This document shows positions 29,148 to 48,700 of a DNA stretch of 64,000 nt, piece after piece (within the stretch, counting starts at the first letter, position 1; each line of letters opens with the position of its first letter). Under the pieces are notes generated by a model. That model did no database searches, was not told the DNA's origin, and saw only the letters and a list, made by a program, of their open reading frames with translations. The stretch is from the human T2T-CHM13v2.0 reference genome, Homo sapiens. A program made the translations under genes and the position numbers. Location: the NCBI RefSeq assembly GCF_009914755.1, contig NC_060946.1; one strand, 5' to 3'.

Positions 29148-29559
29148 TAACCTCTCTGTGCCTCAGGGTCCTCATCGATAAAATAGGGATATTTAATCCC
29201 CACAAAGGTTGCTGTGAAGTTTAAATGTGTCATTGTAAGGAAAGTGCTTAGCACAGTGCCCGGTACACAGAAGGGACTCGATAGCCACTAGCAAGCATCT
29301 CCCTCGTTATTTTGCAGCATTATCACCGGTGTCTCCATTCAGTTAACTTGTCTTAGAGGCTCCAACAAACAAGACCAAGCCAGTGCCTAGCCGGAGGCGG
29401 GCGGCACGGGACCGTTTTCTAGTTTTTTTTTCTTTCTTCTTTTTCAACCTTGGCAAAGAGATAACGCCCTGAACAACGAGGAGGCCTCAGGATGGCCATG
29501 GAGGTGAGTCCGAAAGAGGAAATCAGAGCCCGAAGAGTTTTCCCTCAGGCCAGTGGGGA

Positions 29560-30200
29560 ATTCCTCGGGGCCTAAGTCCTGTCTCTCCGGGCGGAAGCCC
29601 CAGGAGGTGCTGCGGGTATGGGGCGGCCGAGGAACAGGCCGGCGGCCAAGTGGGCGCGAATGAATGAACGAACCCTCAGCCCTTCCTCCTCCTCTGGCTG
29701 GGGACGTCGCTCGCGCCCCTGCAGCGCCGCGTCCTCTTCATGACCTCTGACCCCGCAAACCCCTCACCTAGGACCCCTGACCCCTCGCCCCACTTCTTCT
29801 CCTGGCTCGCCCGGGTCCCCGCTTCCTCACCCGCAGGTCCCAATAGCTCCCGGCGCCCCGGCTCGGTTCGGCTTGGCACCAAAATGTCCGCGGCCTCCAC
29901 CTCTCGCTCTCCCGGTGCGTCCGGGCTGCCGGCGGCTCGGAGCCCCGCGGCTGTCACCTGCCGGGCGGAAGTGAGCTGCCCGCGCGCGGGTACTTCCGGT
30001 GGACGCAAGGCCTGAAGGCGGGGTCAAGGGTACAACCCTGGCGGGGGTGGTGCCCGTGGGGCGGGGCAAGAAAAGGGGAAGAGCCCAACGGTATTAACCC
30101 CTCGGCAGCCGCGGCGCTGCTATGCTGCAGTCTCCCGCAGAGCCCTTGGGAAACCATCCCGCTAGCCAATTCAGCGTGAGGGGGCCGGGCAAGGTCGTAG
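29560..30200. promoter_or_regulatory. CpG-island, TATA-less AP1B1 promoter with ETS motifs (CGGAAGTG ~29966-29973, ACTTCCGG 29992-29999) and GC boxes (~30017, ~30058)
   Basis: Dense CpG relative to the flanks; motifs read directly from the sequence. Confidence 0.88.
29831..29980 (-). other. AP1B1: AP1B1 non-coding exon 1 (5' end approximate)
   Basis: GC-rich segment inside the CpG island ending in GG|gtgagg donor at 29830. TSS position is inferred. Confidence 0.8.
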
Positions 30201-30279
30201 GGAGTTTGAAGTCCATCTTCTGTGTAAAGACGGCAAATCTGAGGTTCTAAGAGGGGCAGGGTTTTGCTCAAGGTCACTC

Positions 30280-31543
<1,264 letters not shown>

Positions 31544-31925
31544 TAGTAAATACATTTCTACTTGGCACTTTCCAGTATCTGCATAGTATTCCATTACGTG
31601 GATGGTACTGCTAATCTCAAAAACAATCCCCTGAGGTTGTTATCCATCTTTTTTAATATTATCAAAAAGTTGTTAATAAATAAGCTTGCACTTACTGCTA
31701 AGTGCACTTATTGCTAAGTCTCTACGTCCTATCTAATATAGATATTACTGGTTTTTATATTTAATATAATTTTAGATGTTTAAGCAGCCTCAAAGCCTTT
31801 AAAAGTTATTTTTAAATAATTATAGACTTACAGGAAATTGCAAAATTAGTACCAAAATTGAGTCCCATATACCCTTCACCCAGCTTCCCACAATGGTGAC
31901 ATTTTATATATCTGCAGTATAATAG

Positions 31926-32652
<727 letters not shown>

Positions 32653-33474
32653 CTAAGATCAAGGTGTTGGCATGGCTGCTTTCCTCTGAGGCCTCTCTCC
32701 TTGGCTTGTAGATGGCCGCCCTCTTGCTATGTCCTCACACGATCTTTCCTCTGTGTGCCTGGAATAATTTTATGTGTATGTATGTGCCATGCAGCATGTG
32801 TGATATGCAACTTTCTGGAGGAACTGCCCTTCTCTGATGATAGATGTTGGTAAATGCCACCCGCCTCAGTGGAAAACAAAATTTCATTGGGAATGTAACA
32901 TCAGAAGAGAAAAATTATCCTACAAAACAAACCAACAAACCTAAAGGTATCAAGCTGGAGAGCTTATGTGCAAGTGGCAAGTCAGTGGTTGAAGGAGTCA
33001 GAGCTTTAAGATTTCCAAGGAGGGAGAGGTCACAGCACCGGGCGGCTCAGGAAGGACTTCCTGGGGAAGATGGCATTTGCGCTGTCTTGCCGAATGAGAA
33101 CAGAGTTGCGTAGGCTGAGAGAGAAGGAAAGGGTAATCCAGAGAAAAGAACTGTGCCGAGGCAGGAAAACCTCACGGGCCCACCCCCACGCCCAGTGCAA
33201 GGGAGCCAGGTGTCTGAGTCCTGCAGAAAGCATTTTCCAAGCCTCTGGTTTCAGCCAGGCCCTGGGCTGGGTGCTGGATAGTCAGATGGGTGAGGCTAAG
33301 GCCCTGCCCTTGCTCAGCCTACAGTTTGCAGGGAGAGGGGGTGACAGAGGAGCAAGTCACAAGTGTGACTGATGCTGTGAGAGGGGACATACTGGGAGGC
33401 TATGGGAGTCCAGAGCTAAAACTGAAGTTCCTTTGGGTTGGAGGGACCAGGGATGCCTGGACAAGTAGAAGGTT

Positions 33475-36139
<2,665 letters not shown>

Positions 36140-37087
36140 TCACCGTTCTCAATAGGTAGATGCTAAGATAACCCCATTTTACAGATGAGGCCACTGAAGT
36201 CCTGAAATGTTGAGGGACTTTCCCAGCTTCCCAAAGCAGCAATGGGCCTAGCGGAGAGTCAAGGCCAGGGCTGATGACGGCAGGCCTCATGCTTTCTTCT
36301 CCACTCACCCTTACCTGCTTCATGAGGTTTCATCCAATGCCAGGAAGGTTGAGAGTTCGTGCGGTCTCGTGAAATGACCCACTGTGACCCCTGCCACTGG
36401 CATTCTGTGACCCTCAGCAAGTCCCTTCCCCTTTCTGATACTCAGAATCTCAGAGCAAAGTCCTTCCCATCCTCCCTCCACAATGAATGGGTGCATAAGT
36501 ACATGAACAAATTAAGTATTCTTCCCCTCTGCGCCCACTAGAGTGCGCACAGGTGCCACTAACCGCCACCGTTCCCTTCAATTGCCATCCTTTCACAGGG
36601 GCCGCTGTGCCTTTCTATATACATTCCCAGCCTTTCCGCACTCTTGTTCCTCTGTGATTACTATTCCTCTACTCCAGTCTCTGTTTGCTTGCTGGTTTTT
36701 GTTGTTTTCATCCTGCAAATCTCTAAAAGTTGCCACAGAGCCTTTCTAAAAGGAGGCAGGAGGTGGCTTTGTCCATAGCCTCAGGAACACCAGCCTCCAC
36801 CTGCTTGCTGAGGGCAGGCAGCTTCCCATCCCTCCCGCCCAGCCCAGGCCTGGCACAACCCCCAGGGCAGAGAGGCCTAGAGCTTGCCAGGGATCCCAGC
36901 CTTTGCCTCCAGCTCTCCTTGCTGCAGATGTCCTCAGTGCACCATTTCTAGTCTTCCCAGTAGCAAATTCCTGCTCAGCCCCTCCTAGCTGTACACCACA
37001 GGCTCCCTCTTGAAGAGCTCTGCTCTCTCAGGTACCCCTGTGCTGAACTACCCTCCGCCGATGCATCGAAAAAGCCCAGGCTCTCAG

Positions 37088-37490
37088 ATGGGCACAGTGG
37101 CTCACACCTGTAATCCCAGCACTTTGGGAGGCTTAGGCAGGTGGATCACCTGAGGTCAGGAGTTCCAGACCAGCCTGGCCAATATGGTGAAACCCTGTCT
37201 CTACTAAAAACACAAAAATTAGCTGGGGATGGTGGTGAGTGCCTGTAATCCCAACTACTAGGGGGGCTGAGGCAGGAGGATTACTTGAACCTGGGTGGCA
37301 GAGGTTGCAGTGAGCTGAGATCATGCCCGTCCACTCCAGCCTGGGCAACAGAGCGAGACTCTGTCGAAAAGAGAAGAGAAGAGAAATAAGAGAAAAGAGA
37401 AGAGAAGAGAAAGAAAAGAGAAGAGAAGAGAAGAGAAAGAAGAGAAGAGAAGGAAGAGAAGAGAAGATAAGAGAAAAGAGAAGAGAAGAG
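37088..37490 (+). mobile_element. Alu whose tail has expanded into an (AAGAG)n purine-rich repeat (~37367-37490)
   Basis: Direct reading; cccaggctctca recurs on both flanks (TSD-like). Confidence 0.9.
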
Positions 37491-37565
37491 GCCCAGGCTC
37501 TCAACCCCACCTGGGCTCAGATCTTCAGCTATGGGACTTCAGTTTCCAGTCTGAAAAATGGGACT

Positions 37566-37915
37566 TGCTATGGTTTGAATGCATCCCCCAGGAAGCACAT
37601 GTTGGCAGTCCCCACTGCAACAGTGTTAGGAGGTGGGGCCTAATGGGAGGTGTTTGGGTCATGAAGTCTGTACTCTCATGAGTGGATTAATGCCAATCAC
37701 AGAAGGGCTTGAGGCTGTGTGTTAGATCTCTTGCACTCTCTCTCACTCTCTCTCTTTCTGCCATGGGAATATGCAAGGAGGCCCCCACCAGATGCCGAGC
37801 AGATATTGGCACCATGCCCTTGGACTCTGGACTTCAAGAACCATGAGCCAAATACATTTCTGTTTATTATAAATTACCGAGGTATTCTGTTAAAGCAGCA
37901 CAAGACAGACTAACA
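37566..37915. mobile_element. MaLR solo LTR (MST-like)
   Basis: tgctatggtttgaat... to ...gcagcacaagacagactaaca termini typical of MST LTRs. Confidence 0.75.
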
Positions 37916-38059
37916 TAGGTTGGTTGTGCCTTCTTGCAAGGTTGCTGTAGAGATTAAATTGTAGAACTAATGTACAGTGCCTGGCATCTATAAGTCCCCC
38001 TTAAATGGGAGCTTTTGTATTAATTTAATTTGTATTAATTAAAAAAAAATAGAGGTTGG

Positions 38060-38604
38060 AGGGAGGTCTTACCATGTAGTTCAGGCTGGTCTCGAACTCC
38101 TGGCCTCAAGTGATCCTCCTGCCTTGGCCTCCCAAAGTGCTGGGACTACAGGCACGTGCACCACACCTGGCTAATTTTTGTATTTTTTGTGGAGACAGGG
38201 TTTTGCCTCATGTGCTCAAGTGATCCACCCACCTTGGCCTCCCAAAGTGCTGGGATTACAGGTGTGAGCCACCACACCCAGCCTGAAACTTCTTTTTTTT
38301 TTTTTTTTTTTTTTTTTTTGAGACGGAGTCTCGCTGTGTCGCCCAGGCTGGAGTGCAGTGGCTTGATCTCGGCTCACTGCAAGCTCCGCCTCCCGGGTTC
38401 ACGCCATTCTCCTGCCTCAGTCCTCCCGAATGGCTGGGACTACAGGCGCCTGCCACCGCGCCCGGCTAATTTTTTTTGTATTTTTAGTAGAGATGGTGTT
38501 TCACCGTGTTAGCCAGGATGGTCTCGATCTCCTGACCTCGTGATCCGCCCACCTCGGCCTCCCAAAGTGCTGGGATTACAGGCTTGAGCCACCGCGCCCG
38601 GCCA
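38060..38604 (-). mobile_element. Alu fragments plus AluY (TSD cctgaaacttctt)
   Basis: Alu consensus and TSD. Confidence 0.88.
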
Positions 38605-41293
38605 CCTGAAACTTCTTAAGTAGTTCCCACAATGACATAAGTTCAACAACTGAGACAAATCTCTTAATCTATATGCCCTGGTGTTTCCGTTTCTGTGCTT
38701 GAACCCTGACTGAATTGGGGGGATACACTGATTCAGGTCTTCAACTGGTTCAGCTCTAAGGCAGGTCCTTAGAGCGTGAGGTCTCCAAAACCCATCAGCC
38801 TTGGGTCCTCCTGGTGGGACTTGCTCAGAGTCCAGTTTTCCTAACCGCCCTGTAGCTACCAGTGGCTGGACGAGGACAGACTTTTCCCAAGCCAGTGCCA
38901 ACAGCAAGAAACTGCAGTTACCTGCCGACCGATGGGCCAAACAGAACAAAAGAAAACCCAGGATTGGACCTAAAAACCAGATCTTCTGTATCAATAGAGG
39001 GTCTTTTGATAAGTGGGCATCTTGGAACTGGGGCACTCTGGGAACAAAAGTGGTGATGGGACTCTGTGGGTGAGTGTTAACCCCCATTCTCCTATTGGGA
39101 TAGGGTTACATGCTCCCAGGAGTGGGGTTTGGGTCTCTGCATGCAGATTGGGACCCTGCTTGAGTAGTGCCCACTTCTAGTTGGGTAAAGAGGCATGTGG
39201 AAGCTGAGCTTCCATCTGGGGCTGAGCTGGACTTCATGACACCCAGACTCTCCAGCCCGGGCCTTGGCTAGTTCCCAGGGGGCTCTGAGGCCATGTCCAA
39301 GGGGACAATGATGGCCCTCAGTGTGACAGGGTGGCTGGGAAGTGGGAAGAATCCATGGAAGGGGGGGTTGGCATCTGGCTTGCCCGAGGGGTCTCCCACA
39401 TCGAGCAGGGCAAATTCCCCACGCAAAGCAGCAAGCTGCACCTGTCAGAGCTCTCAGTGCTGTGGCTCATCCGCTCTACCCTGGGCAGCTGGTGGTACGA
39501 AGCTGGTTAGTGCCATCTGAGACCACCACTGGGGCTGCACTCATGGGGGTGTGGGAAGGCTGGAGATGGCAGGCCTCAGCCTCATGAAGATCTCTGTTAC
39601 TCCTTTGCTAATTACCAACAGTGATCCACTGACCCCAGTTCAGGCCTCAGTTTCCCATCTGTACAACAAGGGGACTGGACTGGATGATCACTCATTTGGC
39701 TTCCAGCTAGGACTCGTAATAATGGTGATGATGGTGATGATGATGGCGGTGCCATTTGCCAAAAACTCACCATGTGCCAGACTCCACGCAAAAATCATGA
39801 AACTGGACTGGCTCCCTTAATCTGCAAAATATCCCCACGGGGCAGGCACAGTTGTTATCCCCATTTCGTAGTTGAGGGCATGCAATCCTCGTGCAGTTGG
39901 AAAGGAGCTGAGCTGGGAGGAAGATAGGACAGCCACATGGATCTAGATCGGGACCCAGGTTCTGCTGTTTCTAGCCGTGTGACCCTGAGCAAGTCACTTG
40001 CCCTTTCTGTGCCTCTGTCTCCTCTGATGCCCATTCCTCGGGGCTGCTATGTGGCCTAAAGGAGGCAATGCACTATGCGTGGTGCACAAAGAACACACCG
40101 TAGTCATCAATCATTGTGATGATTATGGTTTTTCTTTTAGTCTCCCGTGTAGCTAGGTATGGCCATATGACTAACCTTTAAGCCAATGATTTGTAAGCAC
40201 TGTCCTATGTGGAACTTCCAGAAAATCTTCCTTCTTCTTCCTGTCCTCCATCCTGCTCTCTGGAACGAATATACAAAAGCTGAAGATCAACAGCCACCCT
40301 AGGCCACAAAGATAGCAGGGATGGGCCACACTGTCTCTTGACTCCCTTACTAGAAGACAAGTTACACAAGAACAGAAATCTTGTTTATCTTGGTCAAAGC
40401 GACCTCCAGAACACTTACAAAGTGTGTGTCACGTGTTAAGGGCACAGGTATTGAATGACTATTGAATGAATAGGTGAATAAATGAATTTACTTCAGACTC
40501 ACCAATAAATAAGGTTTCAGCTTCCTTCATAGAATTAAAGTATTGATTAATTTAAGTCACATTACTTCTATTTGCTTTCCTTTGCTCTCCCAAACTTGCA
40601 CCTGTCATAGAAGGATAGTGTTTTGTTTTTTTAAATGTGCTCCAGAATTCCCCTCAAAAAAAAAAAAAGTTTTAAAATCTATTTTCATGACAATGCTTCC
40701 CAGTATAGTCCTGCTTAGCAAGTTTAAAATTCTTCAGTTTTCTTGGTCATGGATACGTATTTTTGTGTACGTCTGTTGTTAAATGGAGGCACTGATTTGG
40801 AACAAAATAGACCTCACCTCAAGTCCATAAGAATCATCCAAAATGGTATCTAATGACATTCCTGGGACCTCAGCCAATATTATTATTGACATAGAATGCA
40901 GTCACTGGGTCCTGAGGATTTCATCGGATGTTGGTTGCTGAAACTGAACTTTATCGGGTCTTTTCCCCTTCCACTGTGGTTTTCCACATTTCAACATGTC
41001 ACCTAACTGTCCTCAAACTTTACTTAAATCTTTTCAACTAAATGGAATCTTTATTACCCCTGCTCCTCTGCTTTTTGAAGCAACCGTTTTCCTCCTGTGA
41101 TAACACTCCCTGTGGCCCCTTTTGTGGCCCCTTTTGTGGTCACAGGGTTTGTAAACATTCAGACTTTTTGCAACTACATATACTTTTATTCTTATTTTTC
41201 ACTCTTCTCGCAGTTGTTGCTTTTTCTTTTAACTCTTTGAGGGAGTTAATTAGCCCCCTCTTCAACTTTTGTGATGCACCTATTCATATTTGA

Positions 41294-41689
<396 letters not shown>

Positions 41690-44600
41690 TATCAAGCTTT
41701 TCTAAAGTGTAGACTTCTCTATACATAATTGCCTCTTTCCTAGAGTAGTTATCTGACAAGTCTATTCAGAGAGCTGGTCATGAAAAGAGCTTTTTGTAAA
41801 CCTCTCCTTTAGAAGAAATGTCTCTAGTCACACAGTGCTTTCTCCCTTCTTGATTTTGTATCAGTCCGAAGCTAATCTGTCCTCACTCTGGATTGCATGA
41901 ACTTGTGCCTTCTTGGGCATCATGTGTTATTAATTCTCCCTCTCTTCCAATTGTAAACATGTTTCCTTTATTGGTTCTTACCATTTAGGATAAAAGTATA
42001 CTCATCTTTATGGGGGGGGAATGAAAGCTTTCTTAACCATATATCTCCCTTCAACTGTTCCCACATCTCTCTTTTCAGCCATACTTTTAGGAGGAGAAGC
42101 CCTCAGTTGATGTCTTTACTTTCTCACCTCTAGTTCACTCTTTCCCCACTGCTGACGCTCAGCTTACTCACACACATCCTCAATCACTGAGTTGCCACAG
42201 GCAATGGCATCTGTGGCTTTTCTGCCTTCTTGGCAAAATATGGCTCTGTTGATTGGGGTATTAGGTATAAAGTACCTACTGACCAGGCCCTGTGCTAGGT
42301 GAGGCCATTACAGAAATGAGAAGCAGACACCACCTCCATTCCGATGAGACCCACCAGATCAGCCATTGCTGATGAACACTCAGGTGCCTTGACTCTCACT
42401 TTTCACTTTTGCAGTCTTTACTTCATGCCACGTACATTTCCCTATTCCCCAAGCCTCCTTTCTCTCCAAACCCCTCCCCTTATTAGACACAGCCTTTTAA
42501 AGCAGTCACGGTCATACCCATGGCTTCAATTGTATTGTATATGCTGTTATGACAATAGAATTTAAATGTTGTTCTTATATAACAGTTTTATTTTACGTGA
42601 CACCTCATTCGCTACAACCATAAATTCAAAGTTTCCCTAAGAAAGTAATCACTAAAAAATTGTCATATTCTTAGTATGTAAATTTTAGGAAATTTCCTTA
42701 ATGATTTGAGTTACTGTGTGTGTGTTACTTTTGAAAACATGAGTTGGGATGTCACAGAATGGACTTAGCCTACAGAGGTTTATATCCAATTTTCAACCAG
42801 ACGGTTCCATTTCAATGTGACACTTAAAGAGTTCAAAACTGTCTCATTCCCCACACCTCTTTCTCGTCCTACATTCTCTGTCTAGGGGAGAATCACTGCT
42901 ATTTACACAGTCCATCAAACTAGGGCCTTAGCAGCCTGTTTTTCCTTCCCCTCTTCTTCCACGTCTAATCACCAAGCACTTCCTCTTCTATCTCCCAGCT
43001 GATCACAAAACTTTTCCTTCCACTTCAGTCACTGCTGCTGCCTTTTTAGCCTTACTGTTCTCCAGATGAACATAGAGTATCTTAATCAGCCCCACTGCTT
43101 TCATAAAGCCCTCTCCACTGCGCAGAGTGACGTCACTGCAAACACATCGGATAGAGACTCTTCACCCCTGTGTGGTTCAGTGACTCTCGTTTCCAGAATA
43201 AAATTCAAACTCTACCCCAGCATCTAATTTTGGGTCAGATAGATCTGCGTTTTCATTCCAGGTTGATTCACTGTCCAGCAGTGTAGCCTCAGACAATTGA
43301 ATCCTCTAAGCCTTTGTTTGCTCATCTGCCTGAACTCACGGAGGGTTGGGACTGTTTCACACATGCAGTATTGGCACTTAGACTTAATGTTGAATGAAGG
43401 GGAGGCATTTTAAAATCCACATCAAAAAACTGTTATTCTTTAAAAAAAATACTAATCTACAAGGTCACTGCCCCTCCAAGCATGACGTCTACCTTTACTT
43501 TCTGATAACCATGATCGGCTTGTGGGGATCAAGATTACTCAGGATTAAATCCTAGCCCCATCTTGAGCCGTCATGGAAACTTGGAGAAAGCTACTTAACT
43601 TCTCCATCTAGATTGATTCTGTAAAATCCATAAAATGGAATGGTTTCTGGGGGTTAAATTAGTATACCACAGCTGGAACACTGTCAGGCTTGCCAGATAT
43701 TTACTATTCATCTTCATCAAATGAGGACAGTGGTTCTCAATTTTGTATAAGAAAAACACGCTTTATGCATTGTTAGTAAAAGAAATATCTGAATATCCCT
43801 GCCATGGAAGAAAGAAACAGAGGGAGAAAAGAGAGTTGGTAGGTCCTAGCATTTCAGAACTGGGAAGGATGAGTTCAGTCCCTATTTTATAGACAAGGAA
43901 GGGAAAGTGTGATGTGTCCTAGGGTTTCATTCAAGTCACAGTCATCACGCTTTATCGAGAGTGGGACCAGGGCTCTAGGAGTTGCTATGGTCAAGTTGAA
44001 GACAAAAACTAACACTTGTAAGACAGGAGAGAAGCATTTACTTACAAAGCAGTCCGAAATTTGTGTATAACTACATTTGGTGAGCAAACGAAAGCTGCCA
44101 GACTCAGAAAAACAGAGATGCTAATGGAACTGACTTTAGTAACCAGGGTTTTCCATTGAGTTCATTGCCCGGGGTGACTTCCAATAACAACCCCCGCCCC
44201 CCTGCACTTTTCTCAGGACTGGAAAGCTCAGGCAGCCCAGGACGAATAGTGCAGTCACCACAGAGGGACAGGGTGGCCACAAGGTGGGCAGCAGCAGGGA
44301 GGTGTGAGCCATTGGGTGGGTCTGTGGGGTCGGCCATTGTGAGCCACTAGCCTGACTTGGTTGTTTCCTGGTAACCAGGTGACATAGGAGGCTTTGTGGG
44401 TACTAGCCATTGGGCAGGGCCAGCAGCCTTCAGTAGCTGGTAGTGGAAGGAGGAGCTCTGACTACACTCTCACGACTGTTTTTTGCCTCTTGGTTCTTGT
44501 TATGTCCCTTTCTTTTTGAAATAAGACAGAAGGTCCCCACCTTCATAGACATAGAGAGATCCCATCTTATTTGTTTTTAAAAATAAATTGAAAAGTGAGG

Positions 44601-45009
44601 CGGAGCCTTGTGAGGATGATGGGAGAGGGCTTCCAGAGAGGAATTTCTTCTTTGGAATTCCTGAAATGGGAACAAACTTGTTTTGGGAAAAGGACAGAAA
44701 GACACAAAGGTGGCTGCAGCAGAGTGAAATGAATATGATGGGCTAAGGCCTCGTACACGTAGTGAGCATTGACAAAGAATATGGACTTTAGTTGAGATGG
44801 GAAACCACTGGAGGATTACAGCCTGGGGATTACTGTTAATTCTCCAAGAAGAAGACTGACCAGCGGCTGTGTGAGAATGTCCTGTAATGCAGGCAAGGGT
44901 GGAAGCAGGGAGACCAGCTAGGAGGCTGGTGGCGAAGTGCAGGTGAGAGTCAACAGTGAACAGACAGACGATCATGACCTGAAATAGGCTGACTTGAGAA
45001 TCTCTAGAG

Positions 45010-45560
45010 TCAAGTGATCCTAAAAGTAGGTAATAAAGTGATAAATAGAGAAGTCACAGAAAAAGAAATGCAGACGATCCTTAAACACATCTTCACACAT
45101 AAGAGAAAGGCAAATGACAACTATACTGCAGTGTCTCTCCTATTAAGTGAAATTCCAAAAACGTGGCAATACATTCTTTGGTTTGGCTGTAAGGAAAGTT
45201 GCATGCATATATTGCTGGTGGAAATGCAAAATGGCTCGACTCCACGAAGGGGAATTTGGCACAATCTCACAACCTTGCAAATGCATTTAAACCGGAAATC
45301 CTACTTTGAGGCATTTTATCCCGAGGGTATACTCCATAAATATGAAACAACCTATGCACAAAGTCCTTGTTGCATTATTTTCAATAGCTCAATATTGGAA
45401 ATAACTGAAATGTCTAGTAAGGGACTAGTAAAATTAACTGGTACTTCCACCTAAAGGAGAACTATGGAGCTGTAAACAAGGGTAAGATGTCATTTTACTG
45501 CTATGGAGTGATTCCCAAGATAGGTTACACAGAAAAGCAAAAAGGGAGAACATGCGGTAA
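45010..45560 (+). mobile_element. Old L1M fragment
   Basis: Degenerate L1 ORF2-end/3'UTR phrases (attgctggtggaaatgcaaaatgg). Confidence 0.6.
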
Positions 45561-46129
45561 CATACATGAAAGAAAGCAGGGGGAATAATGTGTGATTATT
45601 AAAACAAACAAAAAAACAACGCTGGGGAATTCTTGATGCTGACCTGTGACTGTTTTCTCCTTAACTTCAGTGGGTAGCCAAAGTGCGTGTTTTCTCAAAA
45701 TGTTATTTTGCTATGGGTTTTCCAAAGGATGTTAACTGTTTACTTTTCACCCAGAAGCTTTGCTTTGTAATTGATTGTGCATTATGTAGTAAATAGACTG
45801 CTCTTGCATTTTATTTGATCCTCTCAATGTTTTAAGTTAGGTGTAATATGGGAATTTTCCTTGTGTCACATATGAGAAGGCTGGTTCTAATAAGTATAAA
45901 GTGAGTTTTTCAAGGTTTGAAAAAATAAGAGTCAGATCAAGAATGTAAATTCTAGACATGGCATATAAAACTAGAATTTATTACAAGGTGCATATGAGCT
46001 GCTTTGAATACTACCTCTTTTAAAAAAAATTTCCTTTAGTTTATTAAAGTAGTTAAGCCTCAGGATTAAAACAGTAACATTAGATAATGAGAAATAAAAT
46101 GGAGATACTTGTAACTCAGTAATGCTTTT

Positions 46130-46425
<296 letters not shown>

Positions 46426-47221
46426 GAAATGTTCCTAAAACTCTGAAAAATGAAGTTAAATGCTATTAACAAATCTATAAATGGATAAAAATATACTATG
46501 ATATATCAAATGTCACAGCTCAGTCATGGTCACAACATTGATTAAAACGTTAAACAGTTTAGGCAAGTCTGAGAACTGAGAGGGAAGTACAGGATTGCTT
46601 TGGAAGCCAGAATTAGGATTGTCGGAGCAGGGAAAGCAGAAGCAAGGCGTGAGTGTGCACAGGACTGGGGGACGCAGCAGCTCCATGGTATGCTGTGTGT
46701 CCTCTTACATGGCAGGCCACCTCCAGGCCAGCAGATGAGAATCACCTGATGGGTGATTTAGGTAAAATCACCCAAAATAGAGTGGATTTAGGTAAAATCC
46801 CAGACTGTGCATCATAACTGAGAGACTTTAAATGTTTGTCTTATGGGGCATAAAGCTAATCAAAGTGAAGACGCAGGGATAATAGAGCAGGTGAGTAAAT
46901 GCAGTAAGCCACCTGCCACCTCTCCAGGGCATCAACCATCCCAAAGAAATATTGGGGCAGCAGGATTTGACAAAGCTTTTGAGAAGAGCTCTCAGTTCAG
47001 GGTCCAGGGCATGATCTAGAGGACTCAGATGTTCCTGGATCTCTGTCCCCAGGGAACCAACTACATTCTTGCCCCACATCTTCATGCCTCACTGTGGTAA
47101 CTCTGGGCAAGTCACTCAAAACGTCTAAGTTTTAATTCATTGAATTGGAAAATACGGGTTGTAGCCCCTGCTCTGCCCGTCCCTCGGGGCTAATGTGGGG
47201 ATCAAAGAAATAACACATCTC

Positions 47222-47550
<329 letters not shown>

Positions 47551-48467
47551 AATAACACATCTCTTTCATGAGCTGGAAAGCATCATGCCCATGGAAACAG
47601 TGAAGTCACCTTCCACCCTCCCCTGCCCGGGAGCCATACACGCTCCCTCTCTGTATTCTATACACTACCAAGTATCTGGATTATTCTTCCAGACATTGAA
47701 TGATTGAACACTGTTGGGCATTTACAACTCATGAGTCTTCTTAAGCCTTTATCTGTATCTCATCCTTTTTAGCCCTATAGATCTTAGTAGGTCTATAGCA
47801 GAGATCTACTAACATTCCCACATCTCAGAATAGGGAACTGAGGCACAGAGGGGTTCATTTCACTCTCCCAGGTATGTGCAGATTCTAAGTAGCATTTGAA
47901 CCCAGGCCATTCTTGGTGACTTGGATCTGCTGCTTTTCTATATTGTCTCATCTAAATAAAGGTATCTGCCTGCACAGTCTGTTTTAAGTGCAACAAACCT
48001 TGCAAAATCTTCCTAGAACCCAAATCTAATTCAGGTAGAGTTGAAAAGCAGACGGTGCAAACCGGGATCAAAACTTTCATCTGTGAATAAGTTTTTACTA
48101 ATTTCTCTGCTATCCTCTGCCAGCAACATGTCAAGCACTGTCTTTATTATAATACATTTCCTGGAATCTATAAGAAGTCTGCTCTACCTTGCAGGTTTGG
48201 ACGCCCGCTCCAAGCGCTGGTTAAAAATAATATGGAGACGGCACGGGATTTGGCCTCTAGAAAATATAGGTAATGTGGAAATTAAATCATTAAGTTCATT
48301 TAAGCAAATAATTCCAGTTTATTCATTCAGTGCTCCATATTAGAGAAACTCAGTAAATGCTATGTCATGTTCTTCATTTATTTCATTTGTGCCAATTTAA
48401 ATGCATTAAATCAATGGTAGATGATACAACTACACAAGTAAAGTAATATTGACAAGTTAGAGTTGTT

Positions 48468-48471
<4 letters not shown>

Positions 48472-48507
<36 letters not shown>

Positions 48508-48700
48508 AAAAGGTCTCATTTGTCACCCAGGAGTGCATTGGTGCAATCACAACTCACTGCGATCTTGACCTCCCCAGGTTCAGGGGATCCTTCCACCTCA
48601 GCCTCCCAAGTAGCTGGCCATAAGGCACGTGCCACTATACCAAGCTAATTTTTTTTTTTTCGTAGAGATGGGATTTCACCATGTTGCCCAGGCTTAGTTC
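48472..48700 (-). mobile_element. (TG)n repeat leading into a truncated antisense Alu
   Basis: Direct reading. Confidence 0.85.

Noticed and set aside
29492-29509. Plus-strand ATGGCCATGGAG|GTGAGT donor in intron 1
   Set aside because: Isolated motif antisense to AP1B1 with no identifiable partner exon.
38509-39087. Longest ORF in the track (192 aa)
   Set aside because: Ends in Alu sequence, has no recognisable homology and no real ATG at its start.
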